From: a virus
Lineage: Duplodnaviria; Caudoviricetes
Length of the DNA: 64,000 bases
Strand: one strand, 5' to 3'
Virus record (IMG/VR): IMGVR_UViG_3300020048_000076
Location: 1-64,000 of that record
The notes below the pieces were generated by a model. The model did no database searches and was not told the origin of the DNA. It worked only from the letters and a program-made list of their open reading frames with translations. Positions 7,705 through 16,692 of the stretch are shown in pieces; within the stretch, counting starts at the first letter, position 1; each line of letters begins with the position of its first letter. Made by a program: the position numbers and the translations under genes.

Positions 7705-8508
7705 TTAGTAGCCTTTTATACTTTCGGCGGCTCTGGTGGCGGCTTCAAAGTCGGCGCCAAACTCTTCCATAAATACGCCGCGGATCGCTTGCACTGTGTA
7801 GCCGTGGCGCTTTGTTTCTTCCTTACACCAACTAATGTTCCCATTTAGCCAACTTTCGCAAAGTTGGTTAATTGGGCTTTCTTGTTCTTGTTCTTCTTCG
7901 GCTTCCCATTCGCCGGCGTCTTCTTCCTCTTCGTCGTCGTTTTGTTGGTAGTCATAGACTGCTCGCGCCACTTCCTCTAGGGCAAACCAGGATAAGCCAT
8001 TTTTAACGGTCGTGCTTTCTTCCGCTTCTGGATCAATCAAAGCATTAAATATTTCTTGATCAGTCAGGCCGGCAAAACAATTAAAGGCGGCCATCATTTC
8101 AAATGAGCTTTTGTATCCGCAATCGGTGGCCATCTCGGCGGCCATTTTTAAGATCGGCTCGCGGTTGGCGTCAAAAAATGTAATGGTGTCGCTATAGTAT
8201 GAAAAGCCAGGAAAACCACCGGCGGCGCCGTGGTCGCTTATGTTCGCGGCGCTTTCTTGAAAATAAAGCCAGTCGCCGCCAAACTGGGCAACGGTTGAGC
8301 GGATCAGCTCGGCGGGGATGTGCGGCGCTCTAGCGATAAGGTTTCTAATACTTAAAGTTTTGATGCTTTCGGTTGTGTTCATGGTTGCGGCCTCTTCGGT
8401 GGTTGTTGTTGGTTGGGTTGGAAATCTTGCGGCTAAATATTCGGCAAGCTCTGAGCCGTCAATTTTGCTTGTATTGCTGGGGTTCATTGTTTCGTTTGAT
8501 GTGGCCAT
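7705..8508 (-). CDS. hypothetical early protein with acidic C-terminus and a second in-frame start at 8382
   Basis: HGAAGGFPGFSYYSDT motif; RBS motifs precede both 8508 and 8382. Confidence 0.7.
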   Translation of the reverse strand: MATSNETMNPSNTSKIDGSELAEYLAARFPTQPTTTTEEAATMNTTESIKTLSIRNLIARAPHIPAELIRSTVAQFGGDWLYFQESAANISDHGAAGGFPGFSYYSDTITFFDANREPILKMAAEMATDCGYKSSFEMMAAFNCFAGLTDQEIFNALIDPEAEESTTVKNGLSWFALEEVARAVYDYQQNDDEEEEDAGEWEAEEEQEQESPINQLCESWLNGNISWCKEETKRHGYTVQAIRGVFMEEFGADFEAATRAAESIKGY

Positions 8509-8833
8509 GGTCGTTCCTCTTCGGTTGGGTGATGCCGTCGCCGGTCAGGCGGGGCGGGGTAAAACTAAAACATTAACTTAAAACTAGATTAAATTATAAC
8601 GTCAATTAATTATGTGTGTATATAGTTTTTTTAACGTTTATTTGTTATTTATGCCTTTATGTAAGAAAAGCTATATAAATCAATAGGTTAGGTTATAACT
8701 CGGCGCTTCTCGGCGCTCTTACCAAATCAAAATAAATTAGTTTTTTACGTTTTGGCCGGCAGTCGTTGCGGTGTTTTTATGGTGTTTTTGAGCTGTTTTT
8801 TGGCATGGTTAATGCTAAGGGATCAGGGGCGGT

Positions 8834-8940
8834 GGGATCGCTTCGGGATCGGTTCGGGATCGGTTCGGCTTCTGTAGCATTTGACAGCGGCGGCGGTGGT
8901 CTTGTATCTTTGAAGCGGTCGCCGGTCGCCGGTCGCCGGT
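8834..8940. repeat. short tandem repeats (GGGATCGGTTC)x3 and (CGGTCGC)x3
   Basis: Read directly at 8834-8866 (first unit has one mismatch) and 8916-8940. Confidence 0.85.
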
Positions 8941-9002
8941 TGCGGTTCAGGGGTTCGGGTTCGGTCTGGATGCCTTGGGCGGGTTGCGGGTGGTTTTTTG
9001 AT

Positions 9003-9227
9003 ATGTTATAACATAACAACAATGTTATATTATAACATCTAAAAATTAGATATTCTTTTTAGGTATTATCTAATTTTTAGTTATTTGTTACGGTGGGCGG
9101 GTTGCTTAAGTCTTTTGTTTATGCGGCTTTGGTCGTGGGTTTTGGTGTTTTGTTAATCTCTACCGGCTCTAGTGGCTCTGGTTGCTATTGGCTAAAGGCT
9201 AAAGGCTGATATGTTATATTATAACAT
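9003..9227. promoter_or_regulatory. palindrome cluster: ATGTTATAACAT (9003), ATGTTATA-T-TATAACAT (9022, 9211) and a 14-bp inverted repeat (9039-9052/9067-9080)
   Basis: Read directly; the minus strand of each 17-mer contains TGnTATAAT. Confidence 0.7.
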
Positions 9228-9871
9228 GTCCTTGCAGGTATTTCGGCAATGTTCGCGTACGAATTGATTTTTTTATGGTGGGGTCTTTGTATGCCTAATT
9301 CTATTTCGTGGCGTAGTGAGCATTTTTCGGGGCAAAAAACATACATTGTGAGGGCTTCGTCTGAGTTGGATTTGTTGCGCGTGGCTCGTCGAATAGATAG
9401 CGCCGGTTTTGCGTCGTGCAGGATTAAGACAAAAGCGGTGGCGGGGGTCTGGTCGGCGGCTTGGTCGTTCTTCTGGTCGCCGGCGGCTGTTTCGGTTTTC
9501 ATGGCGGCGTATACCGGCGGCGCTCTGGTCGCGGTGCCATTTAATAACGTTTTAAATCACCGGCGGCGGGGATATTATGCGGGGGTTGTTTAACGTTGCA
9601 TTGTTTACCTAGTTTTTTAACGTTTTTGGGGCGTTATATTGCCCAAACTGGCATAAAATAAGGGTGTTAATAATATAAATGTTTATTTAACGTCGATTTG
9701 CAGGGCTTCGGCGGCTTGTTGTCGTTGCTCTGTAGGGGTGCAAAAAATGCTGGATCGCTGCGCTCCTGTAGGTTCTCGCTTCGCTCGGCTTTATTTTGAT
9801 AAAGTCAAAAACTATAATGAGTGGCTACGCCACGCCATTTTGATAAGGTCAAAAGAAAGCTACCATTCCCA

Positions 9872-9885
9872 GGGGGGTATACCCC
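9872..9885. other. GGGGGGTATACCCC palindrome at the strand-composition switch; candidate packaging/terminus or origin landmark
   Basis: Plus strand is G/T-rich to the left and C/A-rich to the right. Confidence 0.4.
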
Positions 9886-10771
9886 TCTTTCGGCTACCGG
9901 CTCCACGCAACCACCCCATGCCTTGCATATATACATTTCTGTCAAAAATTTAGAAAAAAAATTTTAGAAAAAAATTCTCTATTAGCTTTTAGCCGATAGC
10001 TAATCCCTCACCGCTTTTAGCCGATAGCTTTTAACTAACCCCATCCCCCAATCCCATTCAAAGCTTAAATCCAACAGCTAAAACCATGCCGCATTCTTAC
10101 CAAGGGCTTTATTTCGCAACAGGTTCAGTAAAGTAAAAAAATAATAATTTATTCATTACAAATAAAGGCAGTCAGGTATCACTCCTTTTTTTATTACTCT
10201 ACTACCCTATCTATATACTCTTTACTACTACTATCCTTTAATAATATAATAATATAATATATAGTAGTAATAGAATAATAAAAAGAGTAGTATAGTAAAT
10301 AAGTAGAGGTTTGTTTAACGTGTACTTGTCAGCCGTCAGATTTGACTAGCTAGTCTAAGGTGGGCTAAAAACTTACAAAGTTACGGACATTACAGGCAAC
10401 CCCTTATAGAATATACACTTTAAGAGCATTAATGCGTGATTGTAATTAACTACTTAAGTGCTATTTAAAAATACGTAAAAAACTAAAAAGCTGTAAGTGT
10501 TTGAATTATAAAACGATAAAGGGTAAAAATACCCTTTTGGTAAAATCCTGTAAAAAACAATGAGAATTAAGGAAATATTTAAAGGTATATAACATACCGC
10601 TTTGGTGTTTTTAAAAGTAGTAATAAAAAATATGTTACTTTTTAAAGAAAAAAAATAAAAAATAAAAATAAACTTGATTTTTAAATTTTAAAGACTATTA
10701 TTAAACGAATATAGGTTAAAACTTACTTTTAACGTGCGGTTAATTTTTTAAACATAGTTAAGGACTGTAAC

Positions 10772-11818
10772 ATGATAGACGACCATTCGGAAGAAACCCC
10801 AAAAGAAAAAAATGCCAGGATGAGGCTAGAGCTAAAGCAGGATGAATTAGCCTATAAAAAAGAAAAGTTGAGGATAAAAGAAGAGCAGAGGTTAGAAGCG
10901 ATAGCTAAAAAACAAAGAAAAAGAGATTTGGATGAGCACATTTTAAACTCTAGGATCAAACACAAAGAAGAAAAAAGTATCAATCGGGATATAAGAGCTT
11001 TAGAAATATCCGCCATAAAACAGGAAAGGGCGGATGAAAGAAAGATAAAAACACTAAGAAATAAACCCGGATACGTACCTTTTGCAGACCCAGCTACTGC
11101 ATGGGTGCCTCCGTTGTATGAAGACATAGATGCTTATGGTGCTGCTAACCCAGAATGGAAAACTAAACTATATACGTCTGAAGAAATACTAAAACTTGTT
11201 TTTAAATCTAATGATACTGGGCAACAAATGAAAAGGCTTTTAACAGTAGCCATGCAAAAAGCTAATTTTGTAAGGGTGCAAACAACACGAGATTACACTC
11301 AAGGCTATTATTGGAAACACGAAACTAAATATAAATTGGATGAGCAGAATAAAGAAAACCTTTTAAAACGTAAACATTTCTTGGAAGATAAAGAGTATGT
11401 AAAAAAACACGGTACTAAAAACCCAGAAATTAAAAACAGAAAGAAAACAGAAATTGTTTTGCCAAAACCTGAAGCCTATCTTAAACAAAGAGAAGTCCAA
11501 ACTCAAACCCAAGAACCAGCATATGAATTAAACTTTAAAGATATACCTGAACGGTTCAATATGTTTTTAAAGAATAGAACACCTGATCAGCTGAAGAATG
11601 GGTTTACTGTTGACGAAGCCGCTTTGGAATTAAAATGCCTACCGATGAACATTTCTGATTTGGCAAAACAAAACCCTAATCTTGAAAGGAAAGTAAAAAC
11701 CATTGTCGGCTATTACTATGATATCCCCAAAGCTGAAACAAAGAAGAAGGACGCTCCACTATCTGCTTTGGAAGTATCAACCTATTCCGATTTGTACGAC
11801 ATTGAGGATTTAGTGTAA
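10772..11818 (+). CDS. hypothetical basic coiled-coil protein (348 aa)
   Basis: Long ORF with AAGGA RBS; no recognisable family. Confidence 0.7.
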   Translation: MIDDHSEETPKEKNARMRLELKQDELAYKKEKLRIKEEQRLEAIAKKQRKRDLDEHILNSRIKHKEEKSINRDIRALEISAIKQERADERKIKTLRNKPGYVPFADPATAWVPPLYEDIDAYGAANPEWKTKLYTSEEILKLVFKSNDTGQQMKRLLTVAMQKANFVRVQTTRDYTQGYYWKHETKYKLDEQNKENLLKRKHFLEDKEYVKKHGTKNPEIKNRKKTEIVLPKPEAYLKQREVQTQTQEPAYELNFKDIPERFNMFLKNRTPDQLKNGFTVDEAALELKCLPMNISDLAKQNPNLERKVKTIVGYYYDIPKAETKKKDAPLSALEVSTYSDLYDIEDLV

Positions 11819-12360
11819 TGAAAACAGAACCTATTGAGATATCCGGATTTGGAACAAAGTTAAAAACACCTGTACTTTCATATCAATTTCTTGATGAATG
11901 TTTTTATTATAAATCTGATTCCGGAGCGTTGATATGGAAAGTACGCCCAACAAGCCATTTTAAAGATTTACAAGAGTACAATAGTTTTAATGATATTAAT
12001 TCAGAAAAAATGGCAGGGTGTATTAAAATGTTAGGGTGGTCTAAAGTACAAATACGCAAAACAAAATACCCTGTCCGTAGAATAATATGGGTATTGGTAA
12101 CAGGAAAAGACAGATTAGACAGATTAGCTAGGGCTAAAAATAAAAATATTGAAAAAACAACAAAACAAAAACCTAATAAAAAACTTAAAGGTGTTTGCTT
12201 TCATAAACAATCTGGTAAATACGTAGCCTCTATAGTTATTGACGGAAACAGTATCTATATTGGTAGTTTCTATACCGAACAAGAAGCACATGATGCTTAT
12301 TGCCAAAAAGCTTTAGAGCATTACGGAGAGTTTGCTAATTTTGGTTATCAAATAGAATAA
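11818..12360 (+). CDS. HNH-AP2-type homing endonuclease relative lacking the HNH core
   Basis: Typical N-terminus (YKSDSGALIWK) and AP2 domain (KGVCFHKQSGKYVASI...GSFYTEQEAHDAY...HYGEFA); no HNH motif between them. Confidence 0.75.
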   Translation: MKTEPIEISGFGTKLKTPVLSYQFLDECFYYKSDSGALIWKVRPTSHFKDLQEYNSFNDINSEKMAGCIKMLGWSKVQIRKTKYPVRRIIWVLVTGKDRLDRLARAKNKNIEKTTKQKPNKKLKGVCFHKQSGKYVASIVIDGNSIYIGSFYTEQEAHDAYCQKALEHYGEFANFGYQIE

Positions 12361-12364
12361 ACCT

Positions 12365-12394
12365 TTGACAAATTAATATAGCAAGTGCTATAAA
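12365..12394 (+). promoter_or_regulatory. putative sigma70 promoter for the packaging operon
   Basis: TTGACA-N18-TATAAA with extended TG; overlaps the palindrome ATAGCA-AG-TGCTAT. Confidence 0.55.
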
Positions 12395-12425
12395 CTAATA
12401 GATAAACAAATACCGGAATACTCAA

Positions 12426-13097
12426 ATGAAAGAAACCAGTGCTTACAATACGCCCGAAAAAAACACTAAAAAGAGTGATAACAAACCGTTATTGCCGCCT
12501 CCGGCTAAGAATGCTAACGGCTCTCCCGGTTTGTATAGGCCAAGAGGGATGGGAGCATCCAGTGGGTTCATGGGTAAGTACGCTTCGGCAAAAGCTCTGG
12601 AATACGCCGTCAACCTGTATTTTGATAAGAAGCTTGCAGATGAGAAGCCACTTACTATTGCGGGATTAGCATTGTCGTTAGGGTTTACTACAAAAGAAGC
12701 ATTAAGACGGTATGAGGAGAAGGGAGAGGATTTTGCTGATGTTATTGATACTGCTAGAACACGAATTGAGGAGTGGAAGAACGAATTGCTAATAGAGGGA
12801 GGAAGAAATGTAAACGGCATCGTATTTGATCTAAAAAACCACCATGGTTACAGTGACCGCATCGAGCAGAAGACTGTGGTAGAAGCGGGAGACTCTTTAA
12901 CCCAATTGCTATCCGCTTTGCAAGGCAGTGTACTACGGCCTGTTATCGCTTCGACAGCAGTACAGCTAGAAGATAATACCGATACGGAAGAAGCAGAGTA
13001 TTACCCAAGCGATGACGATGTAAGTGATTTTTTACTTAATGAGTTTGAAGATAAAACCTTTTCCAACGACGATTATGATTTAGAGGATTTGGTTTAA
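12426..13097 (+). CDS. terS: terminase small subunit (P22 gp3-like)
   Basis: PLTIAGLALSLGF...YEEKGEDFADVIDTARTRIEE...IVFDLKNHHGYSDR; upstream of TerL. Confidence 0.8.
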   Translation: MKETSAYNTPEKNTKKSDNKPLLPPPAKNANGSPGLYRPRGMGASSGFMGKYASAKALEYAVNLYFDKKLADEKPLTIAGLALSLGFTTKEALRRYEEKGEDFADVIDTARTRIEEWKNELLIEGGRNVNGIVFDLKNHHGYSDRIEQKTVVEAGDSLTQLLSALQGSVLRPVIASTAVQLEDNTDTEEAEYYPSDDDVSDFLLNEFEDKTFSNDDYDLEDLV

Positions 13098-13099
13098 TC

Positions 13100-13528
13100 A
13101 TGAATACATTACAAATACTAACGTTATTAATAAAACAGTTTGAAGGTTGTTCTTTAAAGGCTTATCTTTGTCCGGCGAAGGTGCTAACCATCGGTTGGGG
13201 CCAAACCCATGGGGTAAAAGAAGGAATGCTCTGGACACAAGAGCAAGCTGACGAAGCCCTACTCAAAGAAGCGACTGCTTGCATTGAACAGGCTTTAAAG
13301 GCCAGTCCAGTATTAACCGGTGAATCTTCTAAACGTCAAGCGGCCATAGCTGATTTTATTTACAATTGTGGAATAACCAAATACAACATCTCTACACTAA
13401 AGAAAAAAGTTGACGCAAAGGATTGGCCAAACGCAATCAATGAGATTAAGAAATGGAATAAAGGCGGTGGTAAAGTGCTGAAGGGTTTAGTTAAACGTAG
13501 AGCTAAAGAAGCGGAGCTGTTATTATGA
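13100..13528 (+). CDS. phage lysozyme (GH24)
   Basis: FEGCSLKAYLCPAKVLTIGWGQT, AIADFIYNCG, KWNKGGGKVLKGLVKRRAKE. Confidence 0.93.
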   Translation: MNTLQILTLLIKQFEGCSLKAYLCPAKVLTIGWGQTHGVKEGMLWTQEQADEALLKEATACIEQALKASPVLTGESSKRQAAIADFIYNCGITKYNISTLKKKVDAKDWPNAINEIKKWNKGGGKVLKGLVKRRAKEAELLL

Positions 13529-13728
13529 AATCAAAAGCAAGCGCACATTTTTTAAACTTTTTAGATAATATGTTTGGAGAAAGTGTATCAACAGAACTAC
13601 CGGATGCGGATTGTAAGAACTGTAAATTTAGAAATACACCTTACAAAGAATACCCAAACAACTATCACTGCTATATGTTTGAGGAAAGTCCAGGAGATAA
13701 ATGTGGTCAATTTAAACACTATGGATAA
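13525..13728 (+). CDS. small Cys-rich protein
   Basis: ATGA overlap; CKNC...C...C. Confidence 0.55.
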   Translation: MKSKASAHFLNFLDNMFGESVSTELPDADCKNCKFRNTPYKEYPNNYHCYMFEESPGDKCGQFKHYG

Positions 13729-13912
13729 AAGCATAAAACTTTTTAATATTTCTAACGATGTTAAACCACTTAAACACCCTAAGTGCAAAGGTGTTTATGA
13801 TGAGTGGAATGGTGATTATGATTGTGAATACAATACCACTTTAATGTGTGAAGATTGTAAATATGGCGTTGGCCGTAAAAATCCAGAAGCTAAATGTAAT
13901 CAGATAGGGTAG
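13721..13912 (+). CDS. small Cys-rich protein
   Basis: Overlaps upstream stop; C...C...CEDC...C. Confidence 0.5.
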   Translation: MDKSIKLFNISNDVKPLKHPKCKGVYDEWNGDYDCEYNTTLMCEDCKYGVGRKNPEAKCNQIG

Positions 13913-13946
13913 AAAATGCTCTCCACTATAAATAATAAAAATAACC

Positions 13947-15527
13947 ATGGCTTATAAAAAACCAGTTGCTTTAACAACACCCATGCCGGGTTTTGATTTC
14001 ACCGAAGCTGATTTAGCTAAGGGGTTAGCTGATCCACAATGGCGCTTAAGTAATATCTACTCCATCATCGATGCAAAGAAACAAAAGATTACTTTTAAAC
14101 CCAATGATGCCCAGCAGATGTTGTTTAATGAGGTGCATACGCGGAACATTGTACTTAAAGCGCGAAAGCTAGGGTTCTCTACAGCTATTGCGATATTAGG
14201 TTTGGATACGGCGCTTTTCTCCCCTAATGAAACGGTGGTGTTCATCGCGCAAGATATGTCCAGTGCCGAAGCTATCTTTAGGGGACTAATTCGTTATGCG
14301 TATGATAACTTACCGGAGCCGTTGAAGAAAGCGCTACCCTTAGAAGGATTGCCGTCTAAGACAGCCTTGGCCTTTACCAATAAGTCGGTTATTGAAGTAC
14401 GTACCTCATCTCGTGGTGGTACACCGACCTTTCTATGGGTATCTGAGTTTGGTAAGATTGCGGCTAAGGATAATGGTAAAGCGAAGGAAATTATCACAGG
14501 GTCTATTACCTCAGTAGCGGAAGACGGTTTGATTTTTATTGAGTCAACAGCAGAAGGAAACTCAGGGGCGTTTTTTGATTTAGTCGATACGGCTAGGAAG
14601 TACAAGGAAGCCGGTAAGCCCTTACTCAAGATATCGTTTAAGTTTTTCTTCTTTGCTTGGTGGCAAGAGAAACGTTATGTCGCTCCGCCAGAGTTAGTGA
14701 CGTTGACTAAACGGGATGAGGAATACTTTGAAGAACTGGAAGCGGAGATTCAAGTTAAGTTAACGCCTGAACAGAAAGCATGGCGCGTTCAGTATTGCGC
14801 AATTACTTATTCCGGTGACGAAGAGATGTTCTGGCAGGAAATGCCGGCAACACCTGACGAGGCTTTTAAAGTATCACTTGAAGGTTCTTATTTTAGAGAA
14901 CAGTTTAGGATGTTACGTAAAGAGAGAAGGATCGGATTGAATCCGGTTGATGAGATGTATCCGGTATCGGTGTTCTTTGATATCGGGGCTTCAGATGAAA
15001 CTTCAGTTTGGGCAATACAAAAGAAGCCTACTCACTATTCGGTGATCAACTTTACCGAAGCCAGTGGGGAGACTTTTAAGTATTTTGTGGATGTTATTAA
15101 CGGTTGGGGTTATATCGTTGATCAGTGCTTCCTACCGCATGATGCTAACCATATGCGACAAGGGCAAATGGTTAATACAACACCGGCGGACATGGTTCAA
15201 CAACTAGCACCCTTTTGGCAAGTATGGGTCATCCCTAGAACGCCTGATAAACAGATGGCTATTCAACAAGCACGTAACGTATTAAGGCAATGCGTGTTTG
15301 ATGAAGCTAATTGCCATATGGGATTAAAACATCTTGAAGCCTATCGAAAGAAATGGGACTCAAGAACAGGTACATGGTCTAAAGTTCCCCGCCATGGCCA
15401 AGAATCAAATGCAGCAGATGCTTTTCAACAATTTGCTCAAGCAGTTGCAACCGGTGCGTTTACAGCAGTAGGTCGCTCCAGCATGTACGGGTCTGACCCA
15501 ATTATTGAACCAGAATTAGGATTTTAA
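13947..15527 (+). CDS. terL: terminase large subunit
   Basis: VLKARKLGFST Walker A, FLWVSEFG Walker B, IESTAEG, nuclease FFDIG and LPHDA. Confidence 0.93.
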   Translation: MAYKKPVALTTPMPGFDFTEADLAKGLADPQWRLSNIYSIIDAKKQKITFKPNDAQQMLFNEVHTRNIVLKARKLGFSTAIAILGLDTALFSPNETVVFIAQDMSSAEAIFRGLIRYAYDNLPEPLKKALPLEGLPSKTALAFTNKSVIEVRTSSRGGTPTFLWVSEFGKIAAKDNGKAKEIITGSITSVAEDGLIFIESTAEGNSGAFFDLVDTARKYKEAGKPLLKISFKFFFFAWWQEKRYVAPPELVTLTKRDEEYFEELEAEIQVKLTPEQKAWRVQYCAITYSGDEEMFWQEMPATPDEAFKVSLEGSYFREQFRMLRKERRIGLNPVDEMYPVSVFFDIGASDETSVWAIQKKPTHYSVINFTEASGETFKYFVDVINGWGYIVDQCFLPHDANHMRQGQMVNTTPADMVQQLAPFWQVWVIPRTPDKQMAIQQARNVLRQCVFDEANCHMGLKHLEAYRKKWDSRTGTWSKVPRHGQESNAADAFQQFAQAVATGAFTAVGRSSMYGSDPIIEPELGF

Positions 15528-15528
15528 A

Positions 15529-15819
15529 ATGGCATTAACATTAGTACCGAAGAAACCAAAAACAACCAAAGCCAAAAACCTTAACCCCGATAACAATATT
15601 ACCCTTGAAGAAGTGGCACATAATTTAGGGTATTCGGATGAGTGGATATTTAAAAATATTATTAATGCAATGGGGGCTATTGGCATGATATATGCTAACC
15701 ATGCTGAAGAAGACGGCATTGCCTTTCTTATTAACACAGGACAAGAAGACTATAATGTGGAAATAATCGTGCATAAAGTTCCCTTAGATACAAAAAGTTC
15801 CCGTGGCCTAGATTCGTAA
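15529..15819 (+). CDS. hypothetical protein
   Basis: AGGA RBS; ORF in operon. Confidence 0.6.
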   Translation: MALTLVPKKPKTTKAKNLNPDNNITLEEVAHNLGYSDEWIFKNIINAMGAIGMIYANHAEEDGIAFLINTGQEDYNVEIIVHKVPLDTKSSRGLDS

Positions 15820-15823
15820 ATTC

Positions 15824-15852
15824 TTGTCAAAAACAGCGGCATATGCTATTAA
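15824..15852 (+). promoter_or_regulatory. putative sigma70 promoter
   Basis: TTGTCA-N17-TATTAA with extended TG. Confidence 0.4.
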
Positions 15853-15878
15853 TAGCGAACAATGAATAGGAGAATAAA

Positions 15879-16121
15879 ATGACCGCTGTTCCTTTCCCAC
15901 CTAAAAATAAAGTTACTCAACGAGTAATAGAATATGAAACTTTACTGCAACAAGCACGAGGAGGGCAAGAACCCCCTTATGCAAAATATGAGTTTGGTGG
16001 TGGTCGTAAACGATTTATGTCTAATCTAAACCCTTTCTCCCCTTATGAAAAACCAGTCTCTATTACCGATGGCGTAACAACCCATCTTCCTGATCCAGAA
16101 CTGGTTTCTACTAACCCTTAG
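15879..16121 (+). CDS. hypothetical protein
   Basis: AGGAG RBS. Confidence 0.6.
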   Translation: MTAVPFPPKNKVTQRVIEYETLLQQARGGQEPPYAKYEFGGGRKRFMSNLNPFSPYEKPVSITDGVTTHLPDPELVSTNP

Positions 16122-16153
16122 ATAACCCATAAGCATAACCATAACAATAACCC

Positions 16154-16630
16154 ATGATCGAAAACACACCCATTAAGAAAAGACATACCCCTAGAATAGA
16201 CCCAGTTAGTGATACGGTTCCTCAAGACTGGAAAGGTGAAGAGGAAATGTTGGCCAAAGAAGCCTTGCGTATGCTGCACAAACATTACAAGAACTGGGCA
16301 TGGGGCGTAGAGTTCTCGGCCTGTGACGGCAAAGAGATGAGTTCGATGATCATCCGGTTGTTGGATGTGCCAACAGATATCGTTTATGTCATTAACTATA
16401 AGGACATTGATAAGGATCGTATGCTTTGCGTAATGAGAGCTGGCGGTTTGCTATTAGAAGCACTAGGGATTAAACCGGATAGGGCTAAAGGCGATGCGAT
16501 TAGAGGCATGATGACTAACGCAGCAGGTTTGCTTGTACCCAACCATGCGGCTATGCCTGAAACTAATACCGGCTATGCCAAAGTGAAAAAAGAATTTGAA
16601 GCACTAACACCTGATCGTATTATTACGTAA
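16154..16630 (+). CDS. hypothetical protein preceding portal
   Basis: ORF in operon. Confidence 0.7.
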   Translation: MIENTPIKKRHTPRIDPVSDTVPQDWKGEEEMLAKEALRMLHKHYKNWAWGVEFSACDGKEMSSMIIRLLDVPTDIVYVINYKDIDKDRMLCVMRAGGLLLEALGIKPDRAKGDAIRGMMTNAAGLLVPNHAAMPETNTGYAKVKKEFEALTPDRIIT

Positions 16631-16692
16631 GTATACGAATAGTTACGTAAACTCTTTATAGTCGTGAGACTACACAACAAAAAGGTAAAAGA

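Larger units (their letters stand above)
1776..8526 (-). repeat. start-associated motif AACCGAAGAGG, 8 exact copies (1776, 2380, 3310, 4141, 4951, 6539, 7418, 8516) plus variants (2778, 7637, 8391)
   Basis: Each copy lies 7-9 nt upstream of an ATG and contains the GAGG Shine-Dalgarno sequence. Confidence 0.9.

Noticed and set aside
8766-9953. ORF-track ORFs in the control region (8766-9011, 8777-9022, 9185-9502, 9249-9593, 9738-9953)
   Set aside because: They are low-complexity translations of tandem repeats, overlap each other on opposite strands, and have no RBS or standard leader. The 9185-9502 ORF cannot be fully excluded.
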